A DNA stretch of 63,551 nucleotides, the filler included, from Intoshia linei (Eukaryota; Animalia; Orthonectida): the NCBI GenBank assembly GCA_001642005.1. It is 4 parts of 4 records of this genome, joined end to end, with 100 filler letters (N's around TTAATTAATTAA, not from the genome) between each part and the next. Parts side by side here need not be neighbours in the genome. Positions count along the whole stretch, not along the records: positions 1 to 23,620 come from LWCA01000555.1; positions 23,721 to 32,115 come from LWCA01001504.1; 2 more parts are not named here. One strand, 5' to 3'. Below the pieces are notes generated by a model. That model was not told where the DNA came from. It did no database searches and saw only the letters and a list, made by a program, of their open reading frames with translations. Made by a program: the position numbers and the translations under genes. This document shows, one piece after another, positions 12,182 to 24,980 of the stretch (positions are counted from its first letter, which is position 1; the number at the start of each line of letters is the position of its first letter).

Positions 12182-14788
12182 CTAATTATCTGGAATAGTC
12201 GACATGATTCGTTGACGAACCTCTCGTATTTTATGCTGCAAGCATAATTTTGTCGGGAAAATGTCTTTATTTTGTTGATAAAATTGAGAAGTAGCCGTTT
12301 CCGTTGGAAAGGACCCGTTAGTAATCAAAAATTCAATCACTAAATGACGTCGTCGATCTTGAATTTTTCGACAATTTAATAATTTGGTATTTGATTTAGC
12401 TGCAGATATTAAATAATTTGATGTAACACTTTCGCCAAAAAACATGTCACTGTCCGATGATGTTGGAAGGCAGGTTTTACAAGTTTTGTTATTCCATGTA
12501 AATTTATCTTAAAAATTTTTGATAATTTAAAATTAAATAATTACAAGGCGACTTTTTATATTTTTCGACAAACGAAGCAGTATTTGGAGTTTTTGGTGCA
12601 GTAGTTCTCGGTGTGTACTTTGGCAAGTGCTCTAAATTTAAATGCAATGAATTTCTCTTTAAATATGATTGTTTTTGTTTATCTTGTGGTTTGTTGGATA
12701 TTTCCTAAATATAAATATATTTATTGCAGAAAGTAGAGTTAAAACCTTTAATTTATTCAAAATATCGGTGGGATTCGTGTTTTTTATATTACAAATATCT
12801 AGATGACAACGTTATTTCATAGATTTACAATTTACCAGAGGTTTCATCTTTTTGATTTATGGCATTTTTCATTTTCTTAATTTTTGTACACCATTTCCAA
12901 TCAGGATTATTTCGAAAATGATCCTCCTTTAGCTAAAACTACTTGCATTTGAAAAATTAAGAAAAATACTTTCGTGGCATAGTTTTGATAAATTTCTTTC
13001 TTTTCCGCGACAATATTGTACCACCATTCTCCCAATACTTTACTGACTCCACGGTTATCCAATTCAGGTTGTTCTTGGTGAACTACAGGTCTGTGAATTT
13101 TGCTAAACAACATAAATGCATTCATTGGACGACGTATGTGGTTCAATTTGCGTAACTATTGCATTTTAAAATAATTCATGTAAAAAAACCTCAATGTCTT
13201 TAGACAAAGTTGTGCTTTTGGTTTCAGTGCTATCTACAAATACATCGTCTACTAATTTTAATTATTTTCATTTTTACATTTTAAATTACCCAGAGTCGAG
13301 TTTTTACTACTATTTAGACTTTCAATACCCTCCTCTTTTTTAGTAACTGGTATATTTGGAACTATATCCGTCCAACTAAACGTTTTAAGTCTTTTTGTTT
13401 CATCTACAAAATAAAATTACAGTTAAAATTGTAGTTAAACGTTACAATAGTTAACAAAAATCAGTCAATTTTATATAAAGCGATTCAGATATTTGTTTAT
13501 TATATTTTTGAAATTCATATTCACTAATTTTATGGCAAAATTATACAAATTAGTAATAATGGTGGAATTTAAGTAAAAATGGTTGGATTTAAGTAAATAC
13601 CATAAATATTAATAAGCTTGTTAATTAAATTCTTCTTGCCAATAAACCGCTACAAACGGATATTAAATAAACCATCTGAATATAACAGTGATATTTAGTA
13701 GGTATACTAGTGCAACCCAGCGGTTCAGAAAAACTTATTCAAACACCCGGGTTAACGTATTGTACAGACCTGAGTTAGTATGAACCACGTTTCTAATGTA
13801 TAATGCACTATGTTTTTAAACTTTTCAAAAAATTTTTACCCTACCTAACGTGGAACCCAAGTTGATAACCACTGGATTAATTTAAAATTTCCTTGCGCAA
13901 CTCGTTAAATTGTAATTAATTAAAATTAATTAAACCCCTTTTAAAAATAGATGAATAATGTTTCCTACATTATTTCAGTTTCCATTGAAATAAACAACCT
14001 GAACGTGATTTTTGATAACGTATAGGTAGATTTTAAATTTAAAAAACCATACCTTTTTTAAAAGAATTCAAAGAAAGATCCGTTGGTTTGTCGGCATTAA
14101 TGGAATGAAACAGACTGAGATTATTGAAATTGAATTCAGAGTCTGATTTAGTCTGTCGTTTTGGAAAAATGGGTAAATTTGCACATAAAGGCGGTAGAGC
14201 ATGACTTTTAGATTTGGTGGGTAAATTTAAAATATTTGAGATATTATGATTTGTTTTTCCATTTTCGTTCGTTATATGAGAAAAGATTGATAATCTAAAC
14301 GTATTAAAGTCTTCATTTGAACTTTCTGGAGATGAAATATCTTCATTCCAAGGAGTGACCACACCTCTTAAATTGGCTCTCGTAACCCAAATACATAATA
14401 ATTCATTTCTTACAGGATGAAAATTTCTGATGAGAAACTTGTAATTTTTATTTTCAAAGCTTCTGTCAAAAATGGTACCAAGAGAAAAGTAATGAACGTC
14501 TGGATTCTTCCTAAAAAGAACATTTGAACCTTTGACAAGTTGTCTAATTGTTGGGCAAGTGTCACTAATAATATCACAATTTGTAAAAACATTTTCTATT
14601 TTAATATTTGAATTTTCTTTTGAATAGTCATCAACTTGGTCCAGCTTAACACTGATTCCACATTTTCCATGAGTCAACTTGATTACTCCCAAATAATAAG
14701 CATATTCACATCGCACTAGCACGCGATGACCTCTGTAGTCATCTAGGTTCAAAAAAGTATCAATGTTTTCAAAATCAGTATCCAACAT
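12182..14788 (-). CDS. cic: Capicua, HMG-box transcriptional repressor (long-isoform-like N-terminus)
   Basis: N-terminal [12 protein letters not shown]...YLGVI domain; FSWTDIVP motif; HMG box [14 protein letters not shown]...[14 protein letters not shown]...NPDWKWC; C2-like DMFFG; C1 domain RRHLVIEFL...FPT...[13 protein letters not shown]. Confidence 0.92.
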
Positions 14789-17234
14789 GAACAAAATTTA
14801 AAAATTCGAGTATTTCAGTAATTTAAATTTATTAATCCAAATACTGTTTAACTAAGGATTGACATTGAATATTTATTTATAACTTGTAATAAAATTTAGT
14901 ACCTGAAGAAGGTGTTTGTTTGTGAATTACATCTAATTTGCAAAGTGCAATTAGATAAATTTACCATCCGAGTATTTAAACTATTTGGAGCCATCAACTT
15001 AATTGCTGAAATTTTAATTTGGCATGAGCCTTACAAATTGGTTGTCATAAATTTAACTGCGATTCAATTTAATTTACTTGTAATTAAATTGGTAAATTCA
15101 TTTTACTGGCTATTGCATCAGTGGCTTCTTTGTACTAGGCGACCTTTAGACAATGGTCTCAATATTCAATCAATTTTAAATTCTCGATTAGGTTAAAAGT
15201 AGCATGCTTCTAGTACAATTATATTCACAAATTACAGACATTCCAATTTCATCATTTTATTAGATGTCGTAATTGAAGCAAATTGTTCGGTTCACAATTT
15301 TTAGTTTCCTCATTGATTCAATCTGCACGTTTCAATTAAATTTCAGACTACATGTAATATCATTATTATTAATCATGTTTGTACTTTTATTGCATTCTAA
15401 GTTTTATTGAAAATTTTACGTTTTTGAATTGTCTACTAAGTACATTGAAGTAGTCTTTAATCACAAAGTCCAGTAGTGAATTTTTCATGATTTTGGTTTT
15501 ATATTTTTTGCTATTTTTAGTTATGTATCATTTTCTATTTTCACTTATTTTATTCATGATTTTTCATTTTGTAAACTCAATTTGATATTTTTTTCAGAAA
15601 AAAGTACAATGTACAATTTTATCAATACACATGTTGAATCTGTGTTCAATTTTTCAAATTTGTAATTCATACTTTTGCCGAATTTAAAATAAACTATCTA
15701 AAAATGAATTGGTATTTAGTAGTGTGTTCAACTTTTTTAAAAGTACTTTTTATTACTGAGTACTTAGTTTTTTTCTCAGTACATTTTTGTACTTTTACTG
15801 AGTTTTATAAAATTTGTACTGAGTACTTTATAAAAAGTACTTTTTAACCAATTGAGACATTTTGACGCATTTTTGCGTCAAACGATTTGCCACGTATTAT
15901 TCATTAAACATCAGTTCATATTAAAATACAAAATTATCATAATTAAAATTAAAAGTATATTATATATATTATATTATAAGTAGTATATTATAATTAAAAG
16001 TATATAAATAAATTTTATCGTTATTAATTAATGTTTTATTCGAGTTTAGTATAATTTTGATTGATTAAAATTAAAATCACAATTAATTAATAATAATAAT
16101 ACGATTCGTCCGTGAAATATAAAATATACGTAACTATAACATTTATAAATACAAACATTATAACATTATCATTTTTATGTCAATGTCGCAATGGGTTAAA
16201 CTTAATTTAAATATTTTACTTAAATTTTGATTCTAATTTTTTTAATTACGTTGAATTTCTTGTGAGATTATGCATTATTAACGACGATTTTAGTTTCGTT
16301 GTTGTAGTTTAAATTTGAAACAGAATGTTTTGAAAATAACAATTTGAAATTTAAAATTGCGTAGCAATGAAAAAAATTCCGAAGGAATTAATTATATAGA
16401 TTTTCACCCATAATTATTTATTGAAAATGTGAAGACGTTTAATGCACATTTTTTTTGAAATTGTAGGATCAGTATTTATATTTCAAATTTTTATTTTAAT
16501 CGAAATATTTGAAAAATAATGGTTGATAATATATTAAAAATTATTTTTCACCGGGAATGCGTAGATTTTAGGGGTTGAAATTTTGTATTTATATCAACTG
16601 GAATAAGGTCTATTAGAATAATTTTTTTTTTAATTTTCAGACCCTTAATTATTTCACATTTGTGTTGATAAAATAATTCGGAAAAAAAATATATAAATAT
16701 TAACATGCTTTTTTGACCGTGAACTCGTCACTTATTCGGATTGAAATTTTTATGTGCGTTAACAGGTTAAAACTGTACCACCTGTAAATTTTTTGAAATT
16801 CTAGGGCTGTTTTCATTAAAAAAAGAAGGATAATTTGGAGTTTTGACCCTGAAGATATAATTTTTTTAAATTTAAATTTATTATAATGTTAATGATTTTA
16901 AAATCCGTATCAGCGTATATATTTTTTTAAATTTTGCAACTCGTTTAATTTTCAAAAAAAAAAACAATTGGGGTTTTTGACCAGTAAGATCTGAGTTTGG
17001 AAGGTTGCAATTTATCTTATTATATGTCCCGGCAAAAATGTAATTAAAATGTGAACTTTATAAAATTCTAAGACTTGTAGGTATTGAAATAAATATACAC
17101 ACAAACAAATATTGCGTAGCATATTATATATCTAAGGATTATTAATTTTAAAATATTCATCTACAAACATATATAAAACATCTACAAAACTATTAATAAT
17201 CAAAAATCTAATAATAAATTCTACCTAATTCAAA

Positions 17235-18130
17235 TTGGAACCAAAAAAAATTGCTGATTTATTTTACGTGTCTCGATCGACTGTTTCATTTATAAAAAGA
17301 ATATTTACAAATGATTGGCAAATTTTTGGTTCAAATCGAAAAAGGTCTGGTAGGAAAAAGTTTACAACCGAAAGAACTGACAGAATAATTGTCAAAACAG
17401 CAATTAAAAAGCGAAATTCAATTTGTTCTAAAGTCGTTACAAAACTTGAACAACGAAATATTCATTTATCAAGAATTACGGTTAACCGTCGACTCTTGGC
17501 AGCGGGGTATAGATAATATAAAATAATTAAAAAAACCCTTCTATCTATAAAGATGAAACAATCCAGGTTCGAATAGCAAAAAAAAATATGAAAGTTGGAC
17601 TGAACATGATTGGAGCAAAATAATTCATTTATATTAAAAAAAATATATAAATATTCACTAATTTGTAATTATATTTTAATTAATAAAATTCAAGTTAATT
17701 TATTGATTTATAGTTCATATTTTCTGACGAATCTATGATAAATGTGATGGCTGACAGATCATTAAATGTACGGAGAAGCTCAAATGAAGAATTGAGACCA
17801 GATTGTATCAAAAAAATCGGTAAACTTTCCATTAAGGTTATGAATCATAACTTATGATTGGTGAGCTATATCTGTTATAGGTGTAACGATTGGCAGATAA
17901 GAATTTATTAGATAAGATTAAGATATTAGCAAAATACAGATTGTGGAAGGTAAAATAAACCAAAAAGTTTACAAGAATGTTTTACAAGTATTTTTAAATG
18001 AAATAACTGAATAGAATACAAATAGAGGAGTTGTATTTAAGCAAGATTCAGCTTCTTTGCCACAAAGCTAAATCCATCACTTGCTATTTTGAGGATAAGG
18101 GTATTTCTGTCCTGGAAATTAGCCAGACAT
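17235..18130 (+). pseudogene. Decayed Tc1/mariner transposase
   Basis: HTH IADLFYVSRSTVS, RSGRKKFTTERTDRIIVK, LSRITVNRRLLAAG, KKPLLS, WTEHDWSK, FSDES and FKQDSA..HKAK, with in-frame stops and frameshifts. Confidence 0.85.
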
Positions 18131-18414
18131 AATAAATTAAATTTTTATCAGTGAGAACTTCTCACTACCAAATTCTATTATAAAGTAATTCAAGAACTAG
18201 TGTTTGTAATTTTCCAAAGTCACCATTATTATCATTGTTATAATGGTTTTACTAGAATCAATGACTGTTTCCAATAAGTTACCCAAATCTAAAATGTAAA
18301 TTTTGATAATGCGTTAATATAAAATTAAAGTTTAATTTAAACTCAAATTGAAGAGTAATAACCATAACAATAAGTTTAAATAAAATAAATAATTAATTAG
18401 CAATAATAGTCAAA

Positions 18415-20362
18415 ATGGAGAATGAAAATGTTATGAGATTTATGGAGCTCTGTGGTGTAACACATGAAGTGGCAGTAAAATATTTAAATGAGGCCAATAA
18501 GGATATTGATGTAATACATTTATATATAAAAAAATTAATTCTTGATTAGAAAGCATTGAACAATTATTTTGATAATAGCATGCAGTAAGTTTAATAATAT
18601 TTAAATATCATTTGATAAAGAAAATCAAAGAAAATTGAAGAATATGTTGGTGGAGCTGCAAGTGGCGGATCAGGGTAAGTTATTAATACCCACTAGTTAA
18701 ACGTTTTTAGATTAAATGTAATAGAAAACAAAGATCATAAATCAAAACATTTTGTCAATGCATTATTGGCGGCAGCTAAAAAGTAAGTTGTTAATATTAT
18801 TATGCCGTTAATTTATTAATATTTTGTAATGTAAATATAGAGCTGGAGCCATACAGGTTGAAAAAGCTAATAATAATGAATCTACATTATTTCGAGGTTC
18901 TTGCTATCGACTTGGAAATTCAGAGGAAGGATCTACCAAGTATGGAAGTGATGATCCTACTGTTGTGAATTTTATTATTTTTAAACATTATAATTTAGAC
19001 AAAAATTTGCATTAGAATGTTTAGAAATGGATTCGCTGTTGACAATGGTCCTTTAAGGTATTTTAGAGGGCCAGGAAGTAAAGAATTTCTACTGTCTATT
19101 TTTAAGGGGTAAAAATATATTAAATTTAGTTTAATATAGCGTTTTCGAACTTGATGATTTCGTATTGTTGGTGAGTGTAAACATTTATTTCGTATCGCAA
19201 ATTAATTATAAACAAGGATACAAATTTGTATCCACATGGGTTTTATCGTTTTCATAATTCCTACTAGTTTTTTTTTTGGTCCATTAATACTATGCGTGGT
19301 GTATACTTGATATGCAGTACAGTATAGTTGGAAAATATATAAATGCTAATAAATTACGAATGTTAGTACACGCATAGTTTTAATTATGAGTGTCTACTTA
19401 AATCCAACAATTTTTACTAAAAATAAAAATTTACCAACACTAAAACAACAAATTCAGTTTTAACAACCCTAAAAGGAAAAAGTGGATTATTCCCTTAAGG
19501 GTAGATAAAACTAGATTTTGATATTAAAGGTTAATAAATGTGGGTTTTCCCATATGGATTGGTAAAATTGGGATTTTTCCTTAGGGGTTTGTAAAACTGA
19601 AATTTTCCCTAAAGGGTTTTTAAAACCGAATTTTTCCCTTAAAGATTGGTAAATTTTGATTTTTAATAAAAATGGTTGGATTTAAGTAAAAATGATTGGG
19701 TTTAAGAATATTATTTTTAATTATAATGGTATTTAAGTAATTTAAGCGTCTACACGTAACAAAGTTTGTTACAATTAAAATAGTATTGTTTTAATCGATA
19801 AATATAATTTAATTTACTTTTAGAAAAATTCCAGATGAAATTAATGACACGATCATTAAAAAAAAATTGAACCCTCAAAATGTTTTCGTAGATGTTGAAA
19901 ATCTTCAACATCAAGATTTTTTTGAATTACCCACTCAACTATTTAATGGGGAATATAATAGTATGGAAACGTAAGTCAAATATATTAATTAATTATAATA
20001 TATAATTAATACAGTATTTAGAAATATTTCAAAGCCTTCCATTTCCATGACAACCCATAATAGTGTTTTAGCATTTGACGAAAGTGATCCGGTTACTTTA
20101 CTTAGGTTAAAATTAACAAATGGAAAAACTGTAAAAATTAATGCAAATATTCATACTACCATTGAACGATTAAGAGAAGTTATAAGGTAGTTTTTATGAT
20201 ATTTATAGTTAACCATTTACTAGACTAAATTACCTTAACGGGAATGATTTATTTAACTTGATTAGTTTTGGAAATCCTCCAATTACAAAAGACACTCCTA
20301 AAGATAAGACATTACAAGATCTGGATCTATTAAACGTTATTTTGATAATAAAACTTTTATAA
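18415..20362 (+). CDS. NSFL1C: NSFL1 cofactor p47 (UBA-SEP-UBX p97 adaptor)
   Basis: Not in the ORF track; about 9 small exons. MENENVMRFMELCGV...KYLNEANKDIDKALNNYF (UBA-like), EYVGG..SG, FRGSCYRLG (SHP box), MFRNGFAVDNGPLR...EFLLSIFKG|KIP (SEP), DESDPVTLLRLKLTNG...TLQDLDLLNVILIIKLL* (UBX). Confidence 0.85.
19390..19712. mobile_element. Foldback-like palindromic element with ~30-bp subrepeats, copy 1 (p47 intron)
   Basis: Ends TACTTAAATCCAAC...GTTGGATTTAAGTA; internal repeats of GGTTGGTAAAACTGGAATTTTCCCTAAAG and its complement. Confidence 0.75.
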
Positions 20363-21099
20363 ATATTAAATTGTGATTATGAACTGGATATCGATCTGAC
20401 ACCCTTGTTTTTCAAAAATAATCGTCTCAAGTAAACATTTACTCGAGATCGCTCACCTGAAATATGATATTGACCCTTAGTTGTGTAAATTTAGGGAAAT
20501 GTTAAATATGCAATTGAAACCTGAACCAGTGTTTCAACGAGTTGACCACAAACTGGTTAACTACCAATTGTAACGGTTAGTAGATATTGTATTCAGATTA
20601 TTGTTTTGTTTTCATTGTGATAAAACTCACTAAATTTACCAGGAAGTATAGGCCAACGATTTTTAACCTCTTCATAATCTCTACACAGTGGACCCATCGA
20701 AATAAAACCTTATTCAATGACTTCTTCCGGTAATATTAATTGATAGGTATGGTTTGCAACAAAAATTGTTGATATTTTGTTTAATAATGACAAAAATTCT
20801 GTTTTTTTAAAGTTTAGGTTTTTGTTCAAGTTTCGAGCTTAATAGGTTCGGTTTCGCGTAGATATATTGAGAAATTTGAACATTTTTAAAAAAAGTTTTT
20901 ACATGCAAATATTAAAGCCATAAAAACTAATATCTTAAATTGATGTAATTTAAACATTAATATGAATAGTATTTTATTGAAATAAGATACAAATTTGTCA
21001 AGAATTAAATCAGCAACAAAATCAACATTACTATAATTAGTTGCTAAGAAGGTAATAACATTTAAAATTTTACCAGTTTGCCGAATAATTTAATTAATT

Positions 21100-21922
21100 A
21101 TGGAAAAATTAATCGAAAGTCAAATTGCAAGAACATTGGAGCAGGTGGAACAACAAGTGGATAGTGAATTGAATAAATTGGAAAAATTACCTGATGATGA
21201 CGAACTTGAAATTTTACGAAAGCACCGTCTTCGAGATATGAAAAGAAAGGAAGCCTTAAAACAAAAATGGGCAATTAATGGCCACGGCGAGTATTTTATT
21301 TAAATTACCCAATAATGTGTCGTGTAATTGTTCAATTCATTTTTTACTTAAAAATTAATTTACTAATTTTAAATTTTATGAGATTATTAAGCATTAAATA
21401 TTATTTCCGTCACAATAATCCAAAATTTTCTAAATTTTTTCCCCAGTTATCTACAATTAATGTAATTTTGTTTTTAGATATATCGAAATTGATGAATCTG
21501 ATTTTTTCAGAGTTGTCAAAGCAAGTGAAAGAGTTGTTATACACTTTTATAGAAATGACACCTTCAATTGTAAAATTATGGACAAGCATTTGAAACTATT
21601 GGCTCAAAAACATTTGGAAACGCGTTTTGTTAAAATTAATGCAGATCGAGCTAATTTTCTTACTACTAGATTTAAAATTAATATTGTACCTCGTATTAGT
21701 ATGTGTAAGGATGAATTGATATTTGCACATATTGTTGGGACTAAACCGTATGGAGAAACTGAAGATTTTAAAACTGAAATGGTTGAATGGAAATTTGGTA
21801 AACATGAAGTTATATTTTATAAAGGAAATCTGGCTGTGCCTCCTACCGAACAAAAAAAATTTAATCTCAGTAGAATTCAAAATCGTAATGTCACTGGAAG
21901 CGATTCAGATCTTAGTGATTAG
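21100..21922 (+). CDS. TXNDC9: Thioredoxin domain-containing protein 9 (phosducin-like PhLP3)
   Basis: Two exons (intron 21291-21477): LEQVEQQVDSELNKL...LRKHRL...WAINGHGE|YIEI...VVIHFYR...CKIMDKHLKLLAQKHLETRFVKINA. Confidence 0.92.
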
Positions 21923-23620
21923 GTGACTAATTTAGCTTTGGTAGATTGTAGTTATAAAAATTTTATTAATACTTTTAATACATTTTCTTTATATACTTTT
22001 TTTCATATTTTAATTTCATTATTTTCAACCAAATCGTTGTTTCTTTTTCGAGACCAAACAATGTTACTGGTTCGGTATATGTAAATGTGATTCAATATAC
22101 AGTGTTGATTATATTATTATAATAATTTTATTCTACATGTTGCATTGAATGCTTAAAACACAATTTTATCAAACCATAGGAGAAAAAACCCCGCGATTTC
22201 AAGATTAAAGTTTTCATTTTATGATTTCTCAATTAGTTTGTTGAAAATTTTAATAATCCGTAGTCTTAAAAAAAATATTGTAAATTTAAATAATACCAAT
22301 TTTCAATTTATCTGAATTTATAAAACTTAAAAGTTGCGAATATTGAAGTGATTTCATAATTTGAAATGTCATAAATATTTTCATATTTTGTTGAATCAAA
22401 CGTGTAATAATGACCATTGAACCTTGTGAAAGATCATTTTCGACATTAACTAAAACTATATTTATTATTATTGTGATTAAATATTTTATGACATGTAAAT
22501 TTGTTTATTACTTGGCGTCACTTTTCCATTCATTAAAAATGGCCATTTTTGTCCTCTTGAGATTGTTTACGTTATAAAATGCGCGACTAGTAACGGGTTA
22601 AGTAAATAAAAATTTTAACAGATTTGAATCTTCACATTGATATTAACACAGCGATTACTACAATTTTGTAATAGTTGTCAAGACGCGAGGTAAATAAGGT
22701 TGGGAATGCCTGCTCTAAGATTTCGTGCACTGTAAAATAGAAAATAATACAATTTTAATAATAATAATAATAACTTTTTAATAATAGAATAAAATAAACA
22801 TTATTAATAACATTTAACTCAGAAAACTAACTAGACAGTAAGTTATGAATTGAGTATATTGGTTTTTGATATTTGATGACAATTTTAGTTTTTTCACGGT
22901 TAGATTTGAAAATAATTGTTTTTTCATTCAAATTTAAAGCTACCAGAATATTTTCGTTTTTAAATCTAAAAATTTATTTATATGTAATTAATGAATATAT
23001 TATTATTAAAAATCGCCCCAATCGTTACATAATTGACTTAATCGCCCTCCTGTTGGCGATATCATCCACTTTGGTAACCTCTGATATCTTTACTTATATA
23101 ATATGTTATACAATATTTGTTTGTGTGAGTATTTATTTCAATAACTATCAGTCTTAAAATTTTATAAAGTCCACATTTCAATTACAGTTTTTTCCGGGGT
23201 GTTAGCAAAATATATTTCAACCTCCCAAAATCACATCTTAGGGATCAAAAAGACCAATTTTCCTTTTTTTTAATGTATTATCACATTGAAAATGACATAA
23301 TCGGTTTTAAGAAATTATTTTTTATGGAATTTATGCTATTTATGACAATTTTTAGGATTGGACTGTTTTTACTTTATTTTAATATTATACACACATGTCT
23401 AATAAATTAAAAAAATGGGATAACAATTGTTTTTAACTTTCTTTACGCAAATGTTAACAAAAAAATTAAGATGGAATAATTCACTTTAACCCAAATACTC
23501 CCAGTGTGACCATATGGTTACACAACATTACAATTATAAAAATACGTATTAAATTGAAATAAAGTTAATTAAATTAATTAGTATATTATATAACATTCGA
23601 ATATATTAGTTATGAGTTTT

Positions 23621-23720
23621 NNNNNNNNNNNNNNNNNNNNNNNNNNNNNNNNNNNNNNNNNNNNTTAATTAATTAANNNNNNNNNNNNNNNNNNNNNNNN
23701 NNNNNNNNNNNNNNNNNNNN
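23621..23720. other. Assembly gap with artificial linker N44-TTAATTAATTAA-N44
   Basis: Identical 100-bp structure at 32116-32215 and 52371-52470; TTAATTAATTAA places stops in all six frames. Confidence 0.95.
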
Positions 23721-23739
23721 GCCGTTATTTGTATGGAAT

Positions 23740-24250
23740 TATTACACAAAACTAAATATATTAAACAAAGTAAAAGGTAATTTATGCAGATTTTATCTAA
23801 ATACTAATAATTAAACAAGCGGACTATTATACCACTTTAAACGAAAACATGCAGTTTCTAGTTGTAATGATAAGATTGATGAATCTAGTTCTAATGAATT
23901 GCATAAAACTCTAAACAATTATGTTATTAAAAGAAGAACCTTAGAGACATTATATGTAGTTTTGTTGTCAAAAATGGTTTTTCATTTAGATCAATAGCTA
24001 CAAATGAATATATCCAATATTGACTTAAAAGCGATGGATTTTGTAAAGTATCACGTCCAGTCAGTGTTTAAGAAATTGTTCATGCAGCTGCGGAAAAACT
24101 AATAAATTAATTTAAAATACTAATTTCATCTGGAGCGTCATTCTCATTGACTATGGATGAATGGACTTCAATAAAAAATAGACGCTACACTAATATTAAC
24201 GTACACGTTAATTCTACCCATTTTAGTCTCGGATTTGCTTGTGTGTTACC
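23740..24250 (+). pseudogene. Decayed hAT (BED-finger) transposase fragment
   Basis: TSGLLYHFKRKH (end of BED finger), NGFSFRSIAT, and FSLTMDEWTSIKNRRYTNINVH (first catalytic D region); stops and frameshifts. Confidence 0.75.
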
Positions 24251-24980
24251 GTTTATTTCAATAAATACCAGTCTTAGAATTGTATAAAGTCGACATTTCA
24301 GTCACAGTTTTGTTCAGGGGTTTTAGCAAAATAAATTTTAACCACCCAAACTCACATTTTACGGATCAAAACAGATTTTTAGTATTCATATATTTTTTCC
24401 TAAATATTTTATTAAAACAAAAAATGTGAAATAATTAAAGTTCCAAAAATTTAAAAAAAAAAATTATTTTAATAAAGCTTATTTCAGTTGATATAATACA
24501 AAATTTCAACGCCAAAAATCGTAATTCCTGCGATACCTATAGTGTCGGTGTTAGTGGAAATATTTATGAACTTTTGTTATTTATTTAATCTGTTTGAAAA
24601 TATTGTATATATAATCCCAACTTATATAATATGCGACGCGATTTTTTTTGTTTGAATGTGTGTCCTACTTTATTGCAATAACTAGCACTCTTAGAATTTT
24701 TTAAAGACCACATTTCAATTACGGTTTATTCCGAAACGTATAATAAGATATATTTCACATCTTAAGGGTCAAAAACCCCAGTTGTTCCTCTTTTTAAAAA
24801 TCAAACGAATTGAAAAATATAAAAAAAAGTTAACACTCTAGTCTAGACGTTCAATGCACATTTTTTTTGAAATTGTAAAATCAATATTTACATTTGGAAT
24901 TTTTTTATTCAATAAAATCTTTATTTATTATTGTTTGTTTGATATATTGAAAGTACTAATTTCAATTTAAATTTAAAATC

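Noticed and set aside
22410-22500. MTIEPCERSFSTL short ORF
   Set aside because: Resembles the hAT dimerisation motif (ERSFS) but is too short and isolated to call.
23665-23676. Palindrome TTAATTAATTAA at three sites
   Set aside because: Always centred in N44/N44; a scaffolding linker, not biology. Order across the gaps is therefore uncertain.
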